Shown: positions 1 to 16,890 of the stretch, piece after piece
Position numbering within the stretch: the stretch's first letter is position 1
Layout: the number at the start of each line of letters is the position of its first letter
DNA from: Amoebidium appalachense
Taxonomy: Eukaryota > Protista > Ichthyosporea
NCBI GenBank assembly: GCA_963693365.1
Contig: CAVNZM010000007.1
Span: 1-64,000, forward strand
DNA length: 64,000 nt
Direction: 5' to 3'
Translations under genes and position numbers: made by a program
The notes under the pieces: model-generated
Database searches by the model: none
What the model saw: the letters and a program-made list of their open reading frames with translations, nothing else
Told to the model about the DNA's origin: nothing

Positions 1-62
1 TAGATTAGATAGTAATAGCTGTTTTATTGTGTTCCATTTGCTCACCATATGTTTCCCCACAG

Positions 63-254
63 TACAAGAGGAATTTCAAGATGTACGTCAAGGCCAAGCA
101 AGAAGCAGCAAAGGCGGCAGCTATAGCTGATGCCAAAAGGGCCGCGGCTGAGGAGAAGGAGAAGAAGGCGCAAGAGGCCGGCGACCAGAACGGCGACAAG
201 AGAGTGGATGACCCTGCACACGCCGACGCCCTGCCTGGGCAGGAGGAAGTGTGA
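63..254 (+). CDS. Terminal coding exon of an upstream gene; charged Ala/Lys/Glu-rich C-terminus, product unknown
   Basis: Acceptor ttccccacAG ends at 62, then YKRNFKMYVKAKQEAAKAAAIADAKRAAAEEKEKK...GQEEV-TGA with gene-like codon usage, followed by an AT-rich 3'UTR. Confidence 0.7.
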   Translation, partial: YKRNFKMYVKAKQEAAKAAAIADAKRAAAEEKEKKAQEAGDQNGDKRVDDPAHADALPGQEEV

Positions 255-260
255 ACTCTA

Positions 261-730
261 GTGATAGGCACAAGTAGAAATTATTAATACGAAACTATTT
301 TTTATTGTGATTTTTACTTGGTGCTTTTAGTGTCAGCCAAAATAATAATGAATATGTTGTTACTTTAGATTCTGAACAATACATGTGTGTGTGTGTCTTT
401 GTCTTTGTGTATGTGTGTCTTTATTTTATTTTAGAAAAAAAATTACGAAACCATGGTGATAGGCACAAGTAGAAATTATTAATACGAAACTATTTTTTAT
501 TGTGATTTTTACTTGGTGCTTTTAGTGTCAGCCAAAATAATAATGAATATGTTGTTACTTTAGATTCTGAACAATACATGTGTGTGTGTGTCTTTGTCTT
601 TGTGTATGTGTGTCTTTATTTTATTTTAGAAAAAAAATTACGAAACCATGGTGACTTAGATTTTTCTTGGTGTTTTGGTGTCAGCCAACACAATAAAGAA
701 AATCTTCTGACTTCAGATTCTGAACAATGC
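261..730. repeat. 195-bp tandem duplication in the putative 3'UTR (2 identical copies plus a diverged partial third)
   Basis: gtgataggcacaagtagaaattatt... starts at 261 and 456; a diverged remnant runs from 651. Confidence 0.9.
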
Positions 731-849
731 ATGGGTATATAAGTAATAGGGGGTGGGTAGGGGGAACGGAAGGGGGATATGGGGGGGAAGGGGGGGGGGG
801 AGGGAGGGAGGGGGGAGGGGGAGGGGGGGGGGGGACGTCGACAGAGTGA

Positions 850-1690
850 GTCGGTACATATTAGTGTTCAATGAATGCTGGGCATGTACATTCAAAAGTT
901 ACTCATGTCGTAATAGTAGGGTATTCTCGAATGTATTGTGTGAATAAATGTGGGCGCCCACGAACAATTTATGAATACCAATAAACACACAATGTGAACA
1001 TCTCTATATTGTTCTTACAATGCCCCATGAACATACACGAATGTCAAATTCGTGTATATAAATGTATTACGAGTATGGTCGAAAAATACTGCCTGAATAT
1101 GTTGTTAGTGTCCAAAAACGTATTCATTTGCACTAAACATGCTGTTCTACGAACGCCTTTATGGCATCCGTTTGTGTTCAAATAAGGTATTTTATGGTAC
1201 CCTTAGGCATTCGTGAGATGCTATTTGAGTACATATGTGTGCACCGAATAACGTTCGCAGTTACTATTCATGAACACATATGTCGTACTCAGATCGTGTT
1301 TGTGGAGTATTTTCGAAACATTCACATAGTGTATTCGTGGACGTTCCAGTGTCACTGAACGGGTATTTATAAAGCACTCCACATGTACCCCATATACACA
1401 AATATGTATTCCAACTGAATGTCTGGTCATGTACGCGTATGTACGTGTATACTCAGAACACGGTGTCCAAGTGGTATGAATACGGTATCTATAGTGCATT
1501 CATACGTTATCTAGTGTGCATTCACAAGGTACTTGGGCATGTATTCATGTAGTATTCGGCTAGGTACACACATATACCATGTGGTGTCAGGTGGCATTCG
1601 AATAGGTATCCATATACGATTCACTGAATGTACGAATTTTTGAACATTTTTGGACATTCAAGTGTTCAAAATGTGTACGAGGATACAATT
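850..1690. repeat. Degenerate AT-rich repeat tract (gaatatt/tattcatg/tgaatg motifs); similar motif content at 63770-64000
   Basis: Recurrent short motifs, no credible ORF; boundaries approximate. Confidence 0.35.
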
Positions 1691-2170
1691 TAACGGGGGG
1701 GTGGGGTTTGCTGATGACCTTCCCCGTGTCTTAACTGGTTGACAACCAGTCTATAAATCAGTCCACAAGATGTTCATGCCTTGTGTTTACCTGGGTGGTC
1801 CCCAGTATAAAACATTAGCCACCAACACGTCACACATACACTAGTGTTTCCTCTCTATATATATATATCGACGATAACCACCATGATGATTTATTGTTCC
1901 GAGTCTTCAGAGGCAACCGTCGTTGTGTGCCTCTTCAGTTTTGATTCTCTCCTTCCCACCTCAAGGATCTTCGGTTTGCATCCTCGAGTGACGAAACTTG
2001 AGTGTGACGGCCCCCTCCTGTGTTTGGACCTCATCTACCGTCACATCAACAGACACGAGAACACAAACTTCAACCCCTTGAGTGGGGATGTTGGAATACG
2101 TCACCATGTATGACAGCAAGAGCCTTGAAGTATGTATGTGTCTTAGCTTGTATGTATTCGTGTCTGCTTT

Positions 2171-2289
<119 letters not shown>

Positions 2290-3519
2290 CTCTCTCTCCC
2301 TTGTTTCTGTGAGCACAGATATCTGTAGATCTGTGCACACCTGGCTCTCTTGCCTGATAAGAACTTATTGTGTTTTTATTTCTGTTTGCTCTCCTCTGTT
2401 TATCTGAGAGGTAGCGTGATTGGCTAGCTACACTCGTTGTCTTTCCTTTATTTCAAAATGGCTTAGTTTTGTTCTCAAAAGGATGGCTCGCCAATAGTCG
2501 CGAGCGAGTACATCTGTAGATCGTGTTGTGCATTCCTGTCTATTAATATATGTGTGTTGTGATTGGACAATAGATATATATGGAATTCGGTTTATTGCAA
2601 AGTGTCTTCACTTTGAGAGTGTCGACTATTAGGAAATATATGTATTTAAATAAGTTTCTTTATAGAGACGAACATAAATATATATGTGAGTTAATAGTGA
2701 CTAGATGTATAATTACTTAATTTATTTAAGTAAGGGTTTCTAACTTTAGTTTAATCGGAAGTTGGAATGCGTATGCTCTGTCGGAATGTGTTTTTCTATC
2801 TTCTGATAGAACCGATAGGTTCTCCCTCTTTAGTTGTGATAAGGTGATAAGTCGCAAGTACAAAAGGAACCGAGAGCACAATAAAGAATCAGTTGTTGTT
2901 TGAAATCTTTCAATGTCTCGTGAACAACTCCGATTGCCCTCTCATTAATGTGTTAGTCGTGTTTTACATGACACCTCTGTGCACTCTGCTCCCTTAGACC
3001 CGTACAAAACAACAATCATTGTGATAAAACCAAAACCCACAAGACTATTCACTTCACTGAAGAGAGGTAGAGAACCTGACACGCGTGCAAGGCCATCTAG
3101 AAAACTCTACGCGACTCTATTCCGTCACACTTTGCAACTTCAAGTGCACGGACACGAACAATGTGTGCCAAAGTTTCAAACGCGAACATTCATCTGTACG
3201 GAATGTAATGATGCGCCTAGCGCCAATGGGAGAGCACCATTAAGAGATTCACGGCATCCTGCTCATTGGTTCAAGGGATGCGGGTGATACGGCGGAAAAT
3301 ACCTCGCCCAATACGCTCACGAACACCGTTTTATTACAAATTCGGCGCCGACCGTACGGCGCCTATTCGGCACGACCAGTCGCGTGAGCAAGCAGCACAC
3401 AAAATTATTAAATTCCTCAAAAAAGTCGTGGCTCATCTGCAATTGGTCGGGCCGATTTCGCGCACCTCGACTATAATAGAAAATAGTCGCCACTACACGG
3501 TACCAATCGTCTAACTGCT

Positions 3520-3810
3520 GGTTTTATAGTGTACATTGTATATCCATATGGATATACATAGGTTATACATTGGATATACATAGAATATCCTATGTACTAG
3601 AGTGCAATGTATATACATAGACTTTAATATCCTATGTATAGTGCAATGTATATACATCGGATATCCTATGTATAGTGCAAATGGTATATACATCGGATAT
3701 CCGATGTATAGTGCAATGTATATACATCGGATATACATATGACATACGCTTTACGACATCCATAAACCCTATGGATGTCGTAAAGCGTATATCCAATGTA
3801 TATACATAAG
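3520..3810. repeat. Degenerate ~34-bp tandem repeat ending in an inverted repeat (21-bp perfect stem, 3744-3790)
   Basis: Units like gtatagtgcaatgtatatacatcggatatcctat; stem atacgctttacgacatccata-aaccc-tatggatgtcgtaaagcgtat. Confidence 0.8.
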
Positions 3811-4424
3811 ACGTTCCGTTTACCCCATGGAACTCTTTACACTATCGTAAAGACGTCGTGCAACCACTCCATATGAACTCGTGGTGTGCTTTACGATGGG
3901 TGACAGGTTTACGCCATCGGAGATGGCATTACGAGGGGTATACGATCCCCGGTGGAGATTGCTGATGCTTGATAGCGCTATTATGGTCCTGTAGGGTTAG
4001 GGTTTGAACATTTCCGTGTAAAGAGCTCGATTTGAGTTGAACCTTTTTATTTAGAACACATTCAGCACCACTGCCTTTTGGTGGGTACCGCCCTATATAC
4101 CAAAGAGTTCAAAGGCTATCGTAGGGGGGGTCCAGTAACGAAACTTTCTGCGTATGGTGGGGGGGTCTAACGTAGTTGTGGTGGTGCTGTGGGGTTTGGG
4201 GTAGTTGGGTGTGTCTGGTATCCCATATTGTGTAGTGTGGTGGTGGCTGCCATTTGCCTATATGTGTGTGGTGTGTGTGTTTGTCTTTGGAGAAAACCAC
4301 CGGGTGTAAAGAGCTCAAGCATTCTAGCTCTTCGTTGCCGCCCCCCCCCTTCCCCCCCCCCCCCTCCCCCCTCCCCACCCCCCACCCACCCCTCCACCGC
4401 ACCCACCCACACACACACATGAGC

Positions 4425-4895
4425 ATGCGCTGGTAATTTCACTGTCCGTTTCTTTGTTTTGGAGTCTATGTGCATTCCTATTGGCCTCCGTGATGCGCTG
4501 GTATTTTCACTGCCCGTTTTTTTTTTCTTTTTTTTTTGAACCTATATCTATTCTGATTGGCCTGCGCGACCTGCTGGTATTTTCACTGCCCGTCTTTGTT
4601 AAACCTATGTGCAATATGTATGGCCTGCGCAATGCGCTGGTAATTTCACTGCCCAACATATCGCCATTCTGATTGGCCTGCGCAATGCGCTGATATTTTC
4701 ACTGCCCAACCTACCTCCATTCTGATTGGCCTGTGCAATGCGCTGGTAATATCACTGCCCAACATATCTCCATTCTGATTGGCCTGCGCAATGCGTTGGT
4801 ATTTTCACTGCCCACCCTACCTCCATTCTGATTGGCCTGCGCAATGCGCTGGTATTTTCACTGCCCGTTTTTTTAAACCCATATCCAATCTGATT
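4425..4895. repeat. 53-bp minisatellite (~8 units) with a CCAAT-box and TGCGCAATGCGC core
   Basis: ctgattggcc at 4553, 4669, 4722, 4775, 4828; alternating linkers give a 106-bp dimer. Confidence 0.9.
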
Positions 4896-5265
4896 GTGTG
4901 CGCACGTGTGTGTATCACAATGTGTGTGTGTATGTGTGTGGGTGTATGTGTGGCTCCGTGTCACGGTGCACGGTGTGTGTGCCCCCCCCACGGTGCACGG
5001 TGTGTCCCTCCCCCCCCCCCCCCCCCCAGCCCCCCCTTCCCCCCCTGTCCTGTGGGGCCAGGGTTCTTTTTTGGGGGAGGGGGGGGGGGGGGGGGGAGAG
5101 GGGAGGGGGGGGGGGGGGGGGGGGAAGAATGAAGGGGGGAGGGGGGGGTTGCTGTGCGAAAACGTGTGCATGTGTCTGTTTGTACATTTGGATTTTATGT
5201 TCGTTTGTCACTGGGTGTGTTTGTGTGTGTGTGTCGTGTGTATGTGTGTACGTGTGTGTGTTGCA

Positions 5266-5358
<93 letters not shown>

Positions 5359-5456
5359 CTCCGTGTCACGGTGCACGGTGTGTGTGTGTTCCGGCCTCCC
5401 CTCCCCCCTCAAAGTTTTCCCCACTAGTGTCCTTTGGGTCCTTTTCTTGGGCTGCG

Positions 5457-5487
<31 letters not shown>

Positions 5488-5518
5488 GGTGGTGGTGGTG
5501 TGTGTGTGTGTGTGTGGT

Positions 5519-5551
<33 letters not shown>

Positions 5552-5725
5552 CTGTGCGAAAATGTGTGCATGTGTCTGTGTGTACGTTTGGGTTTTGTGT
5601 TCGTTTGTTACTGGGCATGTTAAGTGTTTGTGGTGTGTGTGTGTGCACGCGTGTATCACAATGTTTGTGTGTGTGTGTCTCCATTTCACGGTGCACGCGC
5701 GCCGTGTGCCACGGTGTGTGCGCCT
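4895..5725. repeat. Compound duplicated block interleaved with (GT)n and poly-G/C
   Basis: ggctccgtgtcacggtgcacggtgtgtg at ~4952 and ~5357; gctgtgcgaaaa.gtgtgcatgtgtctgt at 5151 and 5551; gtgtatcacaatgt at ~4910 and ~5651. Confidence 0.8.
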
Positions 5726-5871
5726 CCTCCCCCCCCCCCCTCCCCCCCCCCCCCCCCCCCTCTCTCCCCCCCCCCCCCCCCCTCTCCCCCCCCCCCCCCC
5801 CCCCCCCCCCAGTGACCCCACCCACCCACCCGCTCACCCACCCACCCACCACCACCACCACGAATATATAC

Positions 5872-5913
<42 letters not shown>

Positions 5914-6132
5914 TAGTATACTATAGTATATATATATGGGGTTTACGCTGTTTACTCGAGGCAAAGAGAACCAGTCTCAGGTATGGGGGGGGGGGTTTTG
6001 CTCGGAATATCCCCTCAGCGGTATATCATGATCACGTACATAGATGTCGGGTGGTGACTATATATCAGGGTTTACTTTCTCTACGAGACACCATAAAGAC
6101 TACAAGGAGAAATCAATTAGTTGGGGTTCCCC

Positions 6133-6171
<39 letters not shown>

Positions 6172-6203
6172 GGGCTCCCCTCGGGACACTCGGTATCAGC
6201 TGG

Positions 6204-6270
<67 letters not shown>

Positions 6271-6274
6271 TGCG

Positions 6275-7445
6275 CTATAATTTTGTAGTGATGTGTTTCT
6301 CAAGCCAATCAATACATCTAATAAACAGGTCGTAGTTACGCGTGTTTAGTATAAAATCAAGGATGTTGTAATTTACAGGTAGGCTATCTTTCTGGGTGTC
6401 TGTTGTGAATGTGACGTGTGTGTGTTGCGGTATTATGTGGTCTATCAAACTACATTTGGCGATACATGACCGGTTAAACTGGTGTGTGTGTGTGTTGTTT
6501 GGGCATGCAAATGATGCCACCTTATACTTATTCGATCTCCACTGTATAGCACGTGTACAGTAAAAGCGTGGTAATTGATCAATAATACCATCAGCTAGAG
6601 AAAGACCAGTTCTACAGGAAGGTAATATGTATTTAGGTGTTATACACTTGCGAGTGCCATATTTGGCAATATGGTTGAGGCGGTCAGTATATATAAAACG
6701 AGACATAAGGCTTAGTTTTTCAAGGTGTATGCTTTCATCGGGTCTAGTGTCGTGTGGTATCTTTTTCCATTTGTTATATTGCGTGATTATCTTGTGATTG
6801 TGTACATGTTTAATAAGTAAGTGGCAGTCCAAAGTCACACACACACTATTGCGGGGTTTATTTGTATTTGTGCCCAGGGGAGAAGGGGAGAGAGAGGGGA
6901 GGAAAGAGGGGAGAGGTGAGGAGGGGACAGGTCGGATAGAGAAGAGAGGGTGGGAGGGCAAATACTTCTTTAAGCGGCTTATGTGCTTATTGAATTTCAG
7001 CGCGAGATAGGATACTCTAGCAGCTATTGGGACCAGACCATATATCGAGAGCGTTACAGGCCCAGGTTTACAACAGTTGTTAGATAGAAAGGAGGCAACT
7101 TCTGCTTCAAGGAAATTTGCCAAGGGTTTAAGCGCTCTAGTTCTCTCTTTCTTGATCCAAGCGGCGAGAAGGGGTAAACCATATTCACATGCCGGGAAGA
7201 CAAAAGTGCGAATAAATGTAAGTCTAATAGAAGGATGGAGGGGTGTGTTATATCGAGAGCGTTACAGGCCCAGGTTTACAACAGTTGTTAGATAGAAAGG
7301 AGGCAACTTCTGCTTCAAGGAAATTTGCCAAGGGTTTAAGCGCTCTAGTTCTCTCTTTCTTGATCCAAGCGGCGAGAAGGGGTAAACCATATTCACATGC
7401 CGGGAAGACAAAAGTGCGAATAAATGTAAGTCTAATAGAAGGATA
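6275..7445 (-). mobile_element. 5'-truncated non-LTR retrotransposon (LINE): ORF2 thumb/C-terminal part, with an internal 208-bp-period duplication
   Basis: Minus frame reads HPSIRLTFIRTFVFPACEYGLPLL...GLVPIAARVSYLALKF...SHPL...CPNNTHTHQFNRSCIAKC...ILDFILN, matching the post-RT 'rl.ly.tf..P..EYG' / 'gl.pl..R' pattern and a C-terminal Cys/His region. It is intronless and AT-richer than host exons. 7041-7236 is repeated at 7249-7444. Confidence 0.75.
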
Positions 7446-7757
7446 TATATATATATATATATTCCACGCAGCCCAGAGAAGGGACCCACAGGGCAGGGGT
7501 TGGGGAGGTGGGTAGGGGGGATAAGATAATGAGGCCTACGGCCGAGAAACCTTGAGAGTTTAGACCCCAAAATGTATTTACTTGGCCTGACCGTGTGGGT
7601 GGCTCTCGATCGACAGGCCTAGGCGCGCAATCATATCAGCCGCTCTGCCGGATCGTCCAGCGCAGAATAGCGCTGGGTCGGTACAGTACACAACATAGGC
7701 TGGGTTTACGTGTGTACGTGGAGTTGCTGGGTGACCAGACGGCAGCAACGTGCGGCC

Positions 7758-13271
<5,514 letters not shown>

Positions 13272-14731
13272 GCATGGGGCCTGCGGCAGTGTGCGGTATG
13301 AATGGCTGGGCTGGGCCCGGGCTGATATGAATGAATGACGTAGCGGGGCCGTGCCCCACTGATCATGGTTGCCATAATCAACCGTGTCCCAGTGTTCCAT
13401 AGTTGCCTTCCCCCCCCCCCCCCCCCCCCCCGTTTAGTACTAGTAGCACTGACCATGTCATGTGAATTGGTCACATGACATAGGCACCAGCTTGGCGCGC
13501 GTGCCATGTGTAGACATGCATACACCATTTCCATGCCATTGAGCCTCCCTGCATTCAAAATTTGCTTGCATAGCATTTGCATGTGATGCCGCTGTTAAAC
13601 GTACTACGCATGCGTGTGCGTATCCACGCCTACTGCAGCCCATGTGCACATTCCAATGGCGGTGGAGCAGAGCTGTACAGGGGGGGGGGGGGGGTTTCGA
13701 GATGACAGTGGGTGTGTGCGTGTGATTGTGTGCTTGTACAAGTTGTGGGGCGCACGTTTGTGTGTGACGTGCGCATGCAAGTGTGTGTGCATGACACAGT
13801 GTCTGTGCACTTGTGTGTATGCACATGCATATTCCTACTAGCACTTTTTTTGAAGTTTTATAACAACTTTTTTCAGCTTAAATTGTATCATCTATGAATC
13901 TAAATATTTGTATATTCATATGTAGTGAAAGTGTACATGATGGCCCTGAGTGTTTGAGCACGTGCATTATAACGGTTTCAAGTGCTGCAGTGCACACACA
14001 ATCGAAATTAATTCAATGTATATGCATATGTACTGTGTGCGTTTTCGTGATGACGCCGTGTGGGTTTGTACATGTGGAACTATTGGCCCAGGATGCATGA
14101 TGCATCGTCACATGTGTATACATCATGGTTTCAGTTGCCCAGCACACGCCACAATACTACACACGTGCATGGTGGTATGCTATGTACACATAGTATGTGT
14201 ACATACTATGTGCATGACGTTTATTGGCCAGCATATATGTACATGTACTGTGTGCATGACGGTTTGCAATTGATGACACAGCATAGGCATACTCACAAAT
14301 TGCATGGTGACTCCACATGTATACGTGCTATGTGCATGGCGGTACAACATAGTATTGGCCCAGCATATGATATGTATACGTAGGGCCTCCCTTCGTCGCA
14401 CTAAGTGCATGATGTTTTAATAACACAGCATAAGCCTACATACAAAGTGCACGGTAGCTATTGGCCCAGCATAAGTATACGTACTAATAGTATGTGCATG
14501 GTGGCTTATTGGTCTGACCCCCTAGACCACGCACCCCCGGAAGCCACCACAGCCCCCCGGACCCGCCGCTAAATAACTACTCATTCTGTGCAATTGGCTG
14601 CAGGAAACCCCTCGGGCCCTGGGCCAAGCACCACCCCAACCCCCGCCCACCTATCCACCTCTATGCCCCCCCCTGCCAGCACCCACCTATCCACCTCGTG
14701 TGTCCCATCACCCACCCATGCCCCCCGCCTG

Positions 14732-15431
14732 CTAGCATGCTGGGCCCAACCTGCCGAGGGTGGCCAGGAGCTCGCTGCGCCTCTTCTGCTCGGCGGCCAG
14801 CACGCCCTGGCACTCCCTGTGCTGCGCCAGCAGGCCGGCTATGTGCTCCTGCGCCTGCGACAGCACCTCCAGGGTCGACACCCGCTCGGCCCCCACCAGG
14901 CCGGGCAGCACATCGCGCAGGGTAGCCAGGGCGTCTTTGAGGTTTGCCCGCCTGTTCTTCTCGTACAGGTTGTGCGTCTCCCGCCTGCGCTCGGCACTGC
15001 TGGCCCGCACCTTGCCCCCCCCGGCCGACAGCATGGAGATATCCGAGCATGCAGATGACACAGAGTCCTTGCGTGAGTCACGCCGCCGCCTCCGGGTGGG
15101 TGGGGACGGTGGGGAAGGGGTGGGGGAGGTTGTGGGCACGGGGCTGCCGACCGAGGCCACATCAATGTCGCTGTCACTGTCTGCACCCTCGTGCAGGCCG
15201 GGTGGGGGCATGCGGGTGGCTGGGGCATGGTGGGTGCTGGGCGGACTGCAGGGGTATGTGCTGTCTGTTTCGCCTGCTGGGGGCAGTGCACGGTCAGCAA
15301 CAGGCAGGGGGCTATGCCGGGGTCACCAGTGGCAAAGGGGCTGGGGGGCGGGGTGGGGGGGGGGTGTTGGAGTTCTCCCCAGTACACTATGACAAGGTGG
15401 AAGGATGTATAGTGCCCACTCCTCAGGAAGG

Positions 15432-15467
<36 letters not shown>

Positions 15468-16204
15468 CCTGGGATGTGGCCTGCCGCACAGTATGCAGAC
15501 ACCACAACAAAGACTGCTACAGCGTAGTGCAAAGGATAACGTGCAAGCACGCCACAAGAGTATGCAATAAACAAATAGGAAACCAGGGTTCATGGGAGTT
15601 TTGGGCTTACGTACTACCGTTTCACTTCATCCTTAAGCTTTTTCTCGTGTGTGTGTGTGTGTGTGCGCGCGCGCGCGATAGCGCCTTTTACGGGGCGGGG
15701 AGGTAAGGGGGAATGGGTTTGAATGCGGAACACGGTACGAAGTACGCATACACGATGAGAAGCATGGTGCAGGACACATGCAAAGGCAAACATTCAAGTA
15801 TGCAACATCAGCCATGCGCACAGTATGCGTCATAAGCAGAGCCCATCCTCAGGGAGGGCCCAAGTCATCAATTGCGTCTGAGTTTCGACCCCTTAGCCCG
15901 CGTATATACGACTCTCCAACTCAGACAGCAGCATCAACTGAACTTGGGAGGGTCGACCCGCCTTGATCAAAGACGAGCAGGGTTGCTTATGCAAGCAAGG
16001 TGAGCAAAACGGTGAAGATGTGTGTGCAAACTAAAGCAGTGCAGCGAAAAATGCGTATGTGCTTACAGATGCACGACACAGAGCAACCATGCCCGGTTGC
16101 ATAAGGGGGGGGGGGGGGGGGGTGATCCATACCAACCTAGCTTCAAAAACAAGCAGCCCCCTCCCCCCCCCCCCCCCCGCCCCCGCCCCCCCCCCTCTCC
16201 CCCC

Positions 16205-16235
<31 letters not shown>

Positions 16236-16890
16236 ACGAGAAAAATAACAGGATGACGTGAAGCAGATGTATAAGGAAACCAAGTAGTTGACATGGCGGG
16301 GCGGGGCGCTGAGGCAAGAACGAGGATGTTCAGGGGGGGGGGGGGGGGGGGGGGACGGGGGAGTAGTATACCATGTAGAGCCTGGGGGCCACCGACTCGA
16401 AAAAACGATAGCAAAACGAATACGTGTAAGTGCCGTGAGCGTGACGACCATGGTCCGCGTGCATACAGTGTGGTTACACCCCGGGAACTTTGAGTGTGTG
16501 GGAGCAGATGCACAAACTGCATGGTGCATGTGCGTGTTTATGTGTGTGTGTGCCTGTATATGGTTTCCTCCCTGGGGGGGGGGGGGGGGGGGGGTTTCAG
16601 AAGAACGGTGAACATGCCTTTAGGACTGTTTCCCCAAAAGCGACACCACATGCACCAGCCTGTTATTAGCACACAAGGAGTGGAGGAAGTGTGAGGCACG
16701 CCCTTAGGGTCGAGTGCGCGTGTGTTGTGTGCCCGTGTGGGCCAGCAAAGAGCCTAAAATTAGGGTGACAAGTGCAGGTCGCGAGGAAGAAATAATGGGT
16801 GTCCCCCACCCCCACGACACACAAGGCAGGGAAACAACCTTGCTGCTCCAGCAGGTATGCAGCAGTGAGGAGGTCGGCCAGTAGCGCCAT
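14732..16890 (-). CDS. Mad/Mxd/Mnt-family bHLH-leucine zipper repressor, 2 coding exons (16890-16839; 15273 or 15276 to 14732)
   Basis: Exon 1 MALLADLLTAAYLLEQQ matches the SID pattern LLxAAxxLE. Basic region RRETHNLYEKNRRANLKDALATLRDVLP has the Mad/Mnt EKNRRA signature, and helix 2 reads STLEVLSQAQEHI. The phase-1 intron has a branch tgctgac and a tandem CAGCAG acceptor. Confidence 0.85.
15715..15935 (-). repeat. Intronic structured repeat family, near-full copy D (Mad/Mnt intron)
   Basis: Minus strand: tgtctgagtt...aaggggtcgaaactcagacg...gggccctccctgaggatgggctc...gtgttccgcattc. Confidence 0.85.

Noticed and set aside
2400-2960. AT-rich stretch resembling an older LINE/viral coding relic on the minus strand
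   Set aside because: Many stops and no recognisable motif; cannot be supported without a search
4425-4895. CRISPR-like repeat/spacer array
   Set aside because: Linkers are short and homologous to each other (alternating dimer), i.e. a minisatellite
4750-6340. Long ORFs of (CV)n, (HT)n, poly-P/G (also 26815-28045, 36572-37465, 53991-55979 etc.)
   Set aside because: These are translations of microsatellites and homopolymers that lack stops by composition
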